A stretch of 64,000 bases of DNA from Promethearchaeota archaeon (GTDB lineage Archaea > Asgardarchaeota > Hermodarchaeia > Hermodarchaeales > Hermodarchaeaceae), in NCBI GenBank assembly GCA_048939245.1, contig JBHLPR010000003.1:1-64000 (forward strand). Reading direction: 5' to 3'. Both the position numbers and the translations under genes were made by a program. The notes below the pieces were generated by a model, which did not search any database, was not told the origin of the DNA, and saw only the letters and a list, made by a program, of their open reading frames with translations. This document shows, piece after piece, positions 56,865-64,000 of this stretch. The stretch's first letter is position 1, and the number at the start of each line of letters is the position of its first letter.

Positions 56865-57374
56865 CTATTTTTCTCGGAGTTCCCAAATACAAGAATCTGC
56901 GCCCCAGGTTTTGCACTGAACCTCTTCGCATTCACTACTAAACCCGCGGAGTGTGAGTACGTGTTGAAATACACCACTTAGAATATTGCAATACTTCAAT
57001 CCATCAAATTCCTCAGACATCCGAATATTTTGACAGATTGGGCAGTCTTTGAAGATGTAGACGATTTTCCTTTCGGCTTCATCATAATATGCCTCATCGA
57101 AGGCTCTGCCCAACATTACTCGCGTTGCAAGGGTAAAGGTATCAAGGAAACCATCAAAGGTAGTGGCATGCTGGCCAATAGTATCGCTATATTCAAATAG
57201 TAAAGTCTCAGCCATGGCATTGCCTAAGCGTAGTAGCTTCTCATTTGCGAGGTTAACGTCGCCTTTAGTCGTAAGCAAAATGTCGTCAATCACTGCTGCA
57301 ACCAAAGCTTGGAATGCATTAAGTGAGGTTTTTTCCATCTTAAAATGCCAACCGATCCAACCTTTGACACCCAT
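56865..57374 (-). CDS. Bet3/TRAPPC3-like V4R-family protein
   Basis: ANEKLLRLGNAMAETLL, DCPIC, LKYCNILSGVFQHVL, EVQC..GADSC. Confidence 0.75.
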   Translation of the reverse strand: MGVKGWIGWHFKMEKTSLNAFQALVAAVIDDILLTTKGDVNLANEKLLRLGNAMAETLLFEYSDTIGQHATTFDGFLDTFTLATRVMLGRAFDEAYYDEAERKIVYIFKDCPICQNIRMSEEFDGLKYCNILSGVFQHVLTLRGFSSECEEVQCKTWGADSCIWELREK

Positions 57375-57439
57375 TTAATTCACCACATATTTGTTCTTCA
57401 CAATTAGCGTTATCAATCATTCGTTCATGGGGTTTGGTA

Positions 57440-57925
57440 CTAAACACGTTTTTCGAAATCTACAAGACCCCGCTTTTGCAGGTCTAAAAGCATCCGCATG
57501 GCAATGAAAAACTGTAATCCCATTTTTTCTCCAATCTCTTGGAGGGTTGCTTTTCCATCACATAAACTAAGCATACGAAATTCTGTAATCGACAGTTTCT
57601 GCTTCTCCAAATCGGCAATAACCCGAGGGACAATTCGTCGGCTTTTTGTTCCCACCATGGGGGGTCTTGTTGGAGGTGCTGGTTGAGGTACAGCACCGGG
57701 TTGGGCTTTTGTTATTTCTACCTCATTTGCTGCATGAATCTCAGATACTTCATGACCCCGTTCGACAAGATCCTGATCTAGGTAAATGGTGATGACATGG
57801 GACGGCTCACCATGAACATATGAATAGGGGAATGGAAAGACTGTTTGTCGCTCAATGATATCCGGCGGGACGTCTATCGCAATGTATGCCTTACACATCT
57901 CACAATAGGTGTAAACGACTGGCAT
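57440..57925 (-). CDS. Zn-binding (CxxC..H..H) domain plus winged-helix protein
   Basis: CEMCK..PFPYSYVHGEPSHVITIYLD; LCDGKATLQEI..LQKRGLV. Confidence 0.7.
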   Translation of the reverse strand: MPVVYTYCEMCKAYIAIDVPPDIIERQTVFPFPYSYVHGEPSHVITIYLDQDLVERGHEVSEIHAANEVEITKAQPGAVPQPAPPTRPPMVGTKSRRIVPRVIADLEKQKLSITEFRMLSLCDGKATLQEIGEKMGLQFFIAMRMLLDLQKRGLVDFEKRV

Positions 57926-58052
57926 CGACGAGCTCCCAGGATTTTTACCGAGTATATAGCACAAGAACCGTTCTTAACGTTTCCTTCTAAAATACTTTAA
58001 GTCGGTAGAAATTCCAGTAAATCTTGAAAGTGCAAGAAGACGAATGCTCGTA

Positions 58053-59348
58053 TTAATCAGTTGCATAGACAGCAATTTTATTGGCATCATGAAAGACGTG
58101 GATTTTCGATGCAGAATCATTTTCGAGCCACATATCAACAATCTTCTGTGGCTTTGTTACATAAGAAATATGAGCCGTTTCCACTTGTGTTTGATTTAGC
58201 GTGGTGTATAGCCAAATATGACGTAATCGCTGAATGAGCTCACCAAATTTCCAGCTCTTGTGAGTGTATAGGCGGTACTGTTTTCGAATTTTCGCCATCA
58301 TTTCTGGAAGGGGCATAATGAGATAATCATAGAAGAATTCGCGAGCCGTTGGAGTCGGAGCAATCCCCTTTGGGCATTCAGCTAAAAGAAGCACTTCTCC
58401 ATTATCACGAACCGCGTTCTTAGTGAGTTCAAGTCCCCGTTGTGCATTATATAGACTCTCGTCTTGGGGACTTCCCCCTGGAGTGACAATGATATGATCT
58501 GTCGCTGGGACGGTAAAAGAGGCCGTTTTGTCAATGGTCTGGAATCCTTCACTAGTGACTCGTTGTAATTCACCACTTTTCGACCATATGATATAGGGTC
58601 CGCTAGTCACCATTGCCAGAAGAAACGCTGGTCGGTCAGTCAGAATCATATTCATTCCTTCTAGCATATCCTCGGCTACTGGATTTGTTCGACGGTTCGG
58701 GTTGGGGTGAAACGGATGTCGGCCAAATGTGGATTCGGGTTCTAAAGCGAGGCTATGGTTGGCTTCAATTGTATTAAAATCACAAATGCCTGGCAAGAAG
58801 TTCTTGAGAACATTAGAGTATCCGGCAAAATAATGATTCTTCATATCTGCTGCGATAACAAACGCGTCGGTTTCAAGCGCTTCTTTATTAACACGAACCT
58901 CTGTTCCACGACTAGTGGTACCCATAAGCTCACATGGTGATCGAAGGGCGTCATGAACTATGACACGATAGCTGTCAAGATCATTAGTTTTACAGCTGCT
59001 ATGAATCGCTTGAATAATTTCTTGATTGCGCGCGCTATGAGGTTCATGCGAACCTGTTGCTAATATGAAGTTAACAGCCTTTGCACTCTTGAAGTGCGGG
59101 GTTAGTTCTTTGAGGATGATTTCGTGAGGTTCTGCTCGTGTTCCATCTTCTACTAAAACACACACGCGACGATTTGCTACAGTTTCTGCGAGAGAAATAC
59201 CGATTGGTGTCTCGAGGGAGGTTCGAAGGGATCCCGCAATATCTTTCGATGCATCCTGCTTGCGTGGTTGAATAACCTCACCAATATTTTCATCAGGGAT
59301 TTGTAACTGGATATTTCCTTGACCATAACGAAGTTGAAGCTCTGGCAT
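58053..59348 (-). CDS. LarA family nickel-pincer racemase/epimerase
   Basis: EDGTR, ATGSH, GTTSRGT, HYFAGYS..LKNFLPG, AECPKG. Confidence 0.85.
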   Translation of the reverse strand: MPELQLRYGQGNIQLQIPDENIGEVIQPRKQDASKDIAGSLRTSLETPIGISLAETVANRRVCVLVEDGTRAEPHEIILKELTPHFKSAKAVNFILATGSHEPHSARNQEIIQAIHSSCKTNDLDSYRVIVHDALRSPCELMGTTSRGTEVRVNKEALETDAFVIAADMKNHYFAGYSNVLKNFLPGICDFNTIEANHSLALEPESTFGRHPFHPNPNRRTNPVAEDMLEGMNMILTDRPAFLLAMVTSGPYIIWSKSGELQRVTSEGFQTIDKTASFTVPATDHIIVTPGGSPQDESLYNAQRGLELTKNAVRDNGEVLLLAECPKGIAPTPTAREFFYDYLIMPLPEMMAKIRKQYRLYTHKSWKFGELIQRLRHIWLYTTLNQTQVETAHISYVTKPQKIVDMWLENDSASKIHVFHDANKIAVYATD

Positions 59349-59354
59349 AAGCTC

Positions 59355-60902
59355 TCAGGTGTCCAGTGCGCTCAGTTGTGAAAAAACCTTTGCCTTATCT
59401 AAGGCTTGGTAAGTCGCCGTTTGAACCCGATAGAGTTTATCGTAGCGTTTCGCGAGGGCCTTCGAAGGTTGATAGTGCTCTCCAACTGCGATCATCGCCT
59501 CAGCTGCCTGACTAACATCCCGATAGATGCCGCCGCCGGTGGCGGCAAGAACAGCTGCTCCTAAGGCCGTTGCTTCTTCTATTTGGCTTCGTTGGACTTG
59601 CAATTGAGTGATATCTGATTGAATCTGATTCCAGATTGTGCTGCGAGTTGCTCCACCTGTCAATCGTAGCTCTTTCACCTTAATCCCTAAACTCTGCATA
59701 GTTTCAAGGTTACGGCGAACTTCAAACGCGGTTCCTTCCATAATTGCCCTAATGATATCTGAACGTGAATGGCCTAAGGCGAGCCCAGTAATTACACCGC
59801 GTGCCTCTGGATTCCAATATGGAGCCCCTGCACCCACAAAATGCGGTAAGATCACAATCCCTCTTGCTCCTGGCGGAGACTGGCTTGCTTGATTATTCAT
59901 GAGCTCATAAGCATCTGAATCCAATAATTTGGCTAGCTGTTTCTCTTCTTGCCCAAACTGATCTCGGAACCAGCGATAGATAATACCGGTGGTGAAAATA
60001 CTTGCTTCGATCACCCAGCGGTCAGGAACAGCATGGCAACTACATAAGAGACGGTGTTGTGGGTCAAAAAGGGGCTGTTTTTCAAAGGCTAGAATAAAGG
60101 TTCCAGTTCCAATGGTGGCTTTCACACGGCCTGGTTTGACTACGCCTACACCCACTGCTCCACATTGTTGATCGCCACCTCCTACAATGACAGGCAATCC
60201 TTTGGGAAGTCCTGTGGTTTTTGCTGCACTATTAGTAATTTCAGAAAGGTTTGTACCTGATGGATACGCTTTTGGAAGTTTCTCTTTCGGGATTTCAAGC
60301 TGGTCACACATCAAATTAGACCAGTCTAATTTTTGAACCGAAAAGAGCATTGTTCGTGAAGCGTTACTATAATCTGTTGCAAATTCTCCTGTTAATCGAT
60401 GTAGAATAAAATCGTGTACCAGGAGGAATTTGTGAGTTTTTTGAAAGAGTTGAGGTGTTTCATGTTTGAACCAGAGAATCTTTGGTGCGGAAAAATAGGG
60501 GTCGATGGTTAAGCCGGTCTCATTATACACCGTATCAATTCCAAGTTCACTCCGAATTTTCTGGCATTGGGGGGTTGTTCGTCGATCCTGCCATACCAGC
60601 GCTTTATGAAGTGGGGTTCCGTGTTGATCTACGGGAACTATGGTCTCGCGTTGATTCGTGATACTTACGGCTATGAGGGCATCAACCTTTTTGCCAAGGT
60701 GGCTTACAGTGGCTTGAGTGGTGCTGCAGGTGGTTTGCCACCAATCCTCTGCATTCTGTTCTACCCATGCTGGACGGGGGAAAAACGAAGAATATTCCTG
60801 GTGGGTCTGTGTAATGAGTGCTCCTGTCTTTGCATCGAATACGGCGGTTCGAGTCCCACTCGTACCCACATCAATCGCCATCACAAGCTGTGAATTGGTC
60901 AA
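59355..60902 (-). CDS. FGGY carbohydrate kinase (xylulokinase/glycerol kinase-like)
   Basis: DVGTSG, TNQRET, WQDRR, DYSNASRT, GGGDQ, GAGAPYW, TGGATRS, ATALGAA. Confidence 0.9.
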   Translation of the reverse strand: MTNSQLVMAIDVGTSGTRTAVFDAKTGALITQTHQEYSSFFPRPAWVEQNAEDWWQTTCSTTQATVSHLGKKVDALIAVSITNQRETIVPVDQHGTPLHKALVWQDRRTTPQCQKIRSELGIDTVYNETGLTIDPYFSAPKILWFKHETPQLFQKTHKFLLVHDFILHRLTGEFATDYSNASRTMLFSVQKLDWSNLMCDQLEIPKEKLPKAYPSGTNLSEITNSAAKTTGLPKGLPVIVGGGDQQCGAVGVGVVKPGRVKATIGTGTFILAFEKQPLFDPQHRLLCSCHAVPDRWVIEASIFTTGIIYRWFRDQFGQEEKQLAKLLDSDAYELMNNQASQSPPGARGIVILPHFVGAGAPYWNPEARGVITGLALGHSRSDIIRAIMEGTAFEVRRNLETMQSLGIKVKELRLTGGATRSTIWNQIQSDITQLQVQRSQIEEATALGAAVLAATGGGIYRDVSQAAEAMIAVGEHYQPSKALAKRYDKLYRVQTATYQALDKAKVFSQLSALDT

Positions 60903-61017
60903 CCTGAACACACCATCTTACCCTGCTCTGTTAAAAGATATAACTTGTATTGGCCCCGAACCACCCACAGGTTTATGTCTACTCATGTGATTGGCTTGTT
61001 TAACAGGTGTCTGTTCG

Positions 61018-61776
61018 TTGATAAGCAACCAAATCCAACAGGCCGCTGAGATAATTATTCGTTCAAGGTCCGCTGTTGCCCTTACTGGTGCAGGGGTGTC
61101 AACGAGAAGCGGGATTCCAGATTTTCGTGGTCCAACTGGTCTTTGGACGAAAGTTAATCCTGCAAAATTTGCTAGTATAGACGGATTCATGAATGATCCC
61201 AAGGCTTGGTGGGAAATGGCATTAGAGTTGGCACCTACATTTATGAATGCTAAGCCAAACCCCGCTCATTTGAAATTAGCAGAGCTCGAGAAAATGGGTT
61301 TCTTGGACTGGGTTATTACACAGAATGTAGATGGGTTACATCAACAGGCAGGAAGCCAAAATGTGCTTGAAGTCCACGGAAGCCTATTTAGTGGCACATG
61401 TACTCTCTGTTGTTATCAAGTGGACCGTAAGTTCTTAGAAAAAGCCATGAAAAAACGGCAAATCCCGGTAATGTGTCCTAGTTGTGGTGGGTTAGTGAAG
61501 TTAGATGCAGTGTTTTTTGGCGAAGCTTTACCGCAAAAAGAATTAGCCACTGCCATTGAATCCGTGCGAAAGTGCCAGTTAATGTTAGCAGTAGGTTCGT
61601 ACTTAGTTGTCTATCCTGTTGCTTCTCTTCCCACAATCGCCCAGCAAAGTGGGGCGCAGCTCATTATTATTAATCAGGAACCTACTCCCTTTGATTCGGT
61701 TGCCAATCTTGTTTTTACGGCTGAGGCTGGAGAAACCTTATCCGCTATTGTGGAGGCAGTTCGAAAACTCAAATGA
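61018..61776 (+). CDS. Sir2/CobB NAD-dependent deacylase
   Basis: TGAGVST.SGIPDFRG, TQNVDGLH, HGS, CTLC/CPSC, FFGE. Confidence 0.95.
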   Translation: MISNQIQQAAEIIIRSRSAVALTGAGVSTRSGIPDFRGPTGLWTKVNPAKFASIDGFMNDPKAWWEMALELAPTFMNAKPNPAHLKLAELEKMGFLDWVITQNVDGLHQQAGSQNVLEVHGSLFSGTCTLCCYQVDRKFLEKAMKKRQIPVMCPSCGGLVKLDAVFFGEALPQKELATAIESVRKCQLMLAVGSYLVVYPVASLPTIAQQSGAQLIIINQEPTPFDSVANLVFTAEAGETLSAIVEAVRKLK

Positions 61777-61781
61777 ATTTA

Positions 61782-63506
61782 TTATCGACGTAACTGATAT
61801 TGGGTTTGATGATTGGCATACTGCATTTCTCGAGGAACATCCTCGCTTCCTGGAACAACAGGTAATAGGCTTAATTGCCTTGTACGCCGCTCTTTGATGC
61901 TTGTAGGTAATTCTCCGCCTTTCGGATGCTCAAAGGGCAGCAAGAAACGGTAGTCTTTGCCTAAAATTCCTGAAATTCGCGTAAGCATACGTTTTGATCG
62001 TCCCCCATGTTTATGCCGATAATAAGTTAGGTAAAGAAATCCACCGATGAGCTTTACCATTTGGCGGTTTATCCATGTATTCTTGATGTCACCAAGCCAC
62101 GCATCGCGCCAGTGATGGAGGTTGTGATCCCAGCATTCAATGAATATTTCCCATTGTAACTCGGTTAAACGGCTAAGGTTCAAGGTCTTTTCTTGTCGCA
62201 ATGCACAATCTTCAAGGGAGACGAAGAATAGGGGTACAAAGAACGTCTTATACCGTCGCATTCGATGAATTAAATCGAGGGTCAGCAAGACATCCTCTTC
62301 TTTTTCTTTCGGCAAACCCGTAACCAAAGTGCACAAAGGCACCCAATTGGCATCATTGAGAATACCGTACGCTTCACACACGATTTCGGGCCACTCACTC
62401 ACATTATATGGTAAGGCTTTCCCACGCATGTGTTCTTGCATTAATCGTGGGCTACCCGTTTCCACACCCACTTCTACTGTGACCACAGGGTTGCCCTTGT
62501 ACTGGTAACGACATTTATCACCGATTATCTCTGTAATTTGATGAACCATTTCAGGTTCTATTATGGCTGGAGCTAAAGAGGCATGCGCGGTTTGAATGTA
62601 ATCAACGCCTGGCTCGTTAACGACCGCTTTATAAACTCCGAGGACAGCGTCACGATTAGGTAGGAATCGTTCTTTGGAGCCGTATAAGAAGACATCATCG
62701 GTGTTTAATAGAATCATGTCAGCGCCACAGCTGATATTGGCGCGGACTTCTTGGAGAATTTTGTCGATTGAGAAATTGCGTCGATACTTCATTGTGGGTG
62801 AACAGAACTGGCATCCTCGACCACACCCTCTCGATATTTCAACTGCGCCATAAACTGCTCCCTTTTTGATAGGAACGATATCCTCATCGGCTGGTCGCTT
62901 CGCTCTTACTATGGGAGGTAATTTATCACCGCGAATGGCTTTTTCGAATAATTGGGCAGCAGTACTCTCTGCTTCTCCCATTACAATGCAGTCGAGTCCG
63001 AATTTTTCACGGAGTTTCGGATTCTTCAGTTGCCAGGATCCAGCACCTCCCAGAATGCGAGGAACCTTATAACGGTTAAGCGAGGAATTCTGAGATAGCC
63101 GCCAAAATTCTAATCCAGTAGCGGGCACATACCCAAGGCCGGTCAACGAAGTATACGTCACGCTAACATAGGCCATCCCTAATGGATCCATACTTGATAA
63201 GCCAACTACTTTGGTTTTTGGACCCATCACATGGTTCAGTTGATTTGGATGAACAGTAATAACATCCTCGTCATCGAAGCCATTCTCCAATAGAACCGCT
63301 TCGATTTTCCGTAGACCATAGGGGGCAAAAGGTGCTGAGTGATCAGTATTTGGTTTGTCTGGTTTATACATACGTCTTAGTAGGAACTTAGGGAATAGTC
63401 GGCCAGGAAATCCACCTGCAAATGCCATGAATGGATCAGCATCCCATCCAGCCATTTCAGCCACTGATGCAGTTAGAACAACTTTCTTGCCACCGTTTTT
63501 TCCCAT
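61782..63506 (-). CDS. Radical SAM protein with B12-binding-like N-terminal domain
   Basis: APYGLRKIEA, SMDPLG, RGCGRGCQFC, GVETGS. Confidence 0.85.
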   Translation of the reverse strand: MGKNGGKKVVLTASVAEMAGWDADPFMAFAGGFPGRLFPKFLLRRMYKPDKPNTDHSAPFAPYGLRKIEAVLLENGFDDEDVITVHPNQLNHVMGPKTKVVGLSSMDPLGMAYVSVTYTSLTGLGYVPATGLEFWRLSQNSSLNRYKVPRILGGAGSWQLKNPKLREKFGLDCIVMGEAESTAAQLFEKAIRGDKLPPIVRAKRPADEDIVPIKKGAVYGAVEISRGCGRGCQFCSPTMKYRRNFSIDKILQEVRANISCGADMILLNTDDVFLYGSKERFLPNRDAVLGVYKAVVNEPGVDYIQTAHASLAPAIIEPEMVHQITEIIGDKCRYQYKGNPVVTVEVGVETGSPRLMQEHMRGKALPYNVSEWPEIVCEAYGILNDANWVPLCTLVTGLPKEKEEDVLLTLDLIHRMRRYKTFFVPLFFVSLEDCALRQEKTLNLSRLTELQWEIFIECWDHNLHHWRDAWLGDIKNTWINRQMVKLIGGFLYLTYYRHKHGGRSKRMLTRISGILGKDYRFLLPFEHPKGGELPTSIKERRTRQLSLLPVVPGSEDVPREMQYANHQTQYQLRR

Positions 63507-63665
63507 CGTATCATCTCATGGAAGCTATGAACACTATCTCAGCTGTTAATCATAAAATGGTGAGTTAGTTCTCGGCGATTTCAAGCTTATTATGTTTTTC
63601 GCCACTTTCTATGCTCCTTCCATCCTATCCTTATAAATGGCTCCTGAAAAGGTGTTTTTAGATTA

Positions 63666-64000
63666 TCATTGGGTTGCGGCGGTCATGGGCACATCTTTGA
63701 CACGTACGAAAGGAATGATTGTTGGTGTTTCAACTTCCCACCATTGAACCTGTCGGGATGATTTGCCTAACGCTTCAATATTGGCATATATTCGTAGCAG
63801 ATTATCTGAGATACGGAGCTTTTGAACCGGTTGGCTAATTTCACCCTTTTCGATTAGGAACATTCCGTCTCGTGGAATCGTTGAGAACGTGCCTTCGAGT
63901 TGATTTGTATATCGTAAGTACCAATTTGACGTCACATAAATCGTCGGTCTCTGAGGTTCTAATAGCTCTTCAAAGGAAGCATCACCTTCAGAAAAGACAA
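63666..64000 (-). CDS. TldD/PmbA family protein, C-terminal part
   Basis: NWYLRY...FSTIPRDG..IEKGE...LRISDN; frame continues off the right edge. Confidence 0.85.
   Translation of the reverse strand, partial: VFSEGDASFEELLEPQRPTIYVTSNWYLRYTNQLEGTFSTIPRDGMFLIEKGEISQPVQKLRISDNLLRIYANIEALGKSSRQVQWWEVETPTIIPFVRVKDVPMTAATQ

Noticed and set aside
60846-60856. GGTTCGAGTCC tRNA T-loop-like motif
   Set aside because: Inside the FGGY kinase CDS; no cloverleaf can be built around it

Overview
Gene-dense archaeal chromosomal segment, very probably from an Asgard archaeon. It encodes a Rab-like GTPase, a roadblock/LC7 protein, three gelsolin-like proteins, a Bet3/TRAPPC3-like V4R protein, and archaeal eL33, TFS/RpoM-like, PAC2, GGPP synthase, AOR and class III RNR genes. 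No tRNA, rRNA or CRISPR array was seen. Highlights: (1) At 2.9-12.7 kb a glycosylation locus (flippase, two paralogous GT4s, PIG-L deacetylase, ATP-grasp ligase) encloses an APS/PAPS reductase-cysteate synthase-ComDE operon. These are coenzyme M-type sulfonate genes, possibly repurposed to make a sulfonated surface glycan. (2) At 34.6-41.7 kb a decaying island appears inserted in the 3' end of metG. It has a degenerate duplicate of the metG 3' end, repeated 39-bp and 48-bp modules, surface-protein cargo, pseudogenes and a possible integrase stub. (3) At 43935-44049 an unannotated intergenic element has a perfect 14-bp terminal stem, a well-placed TATA box and tandem C-rich anti-SD-like motifs (candidate ncRNA or MITE). 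(4) Two genes are absent from the ORF track: a TPR protein running off the left edge and a TFS-like gene that can only start at ATT/ATC. All product calls come from motif recognition by eye; no searches were run.
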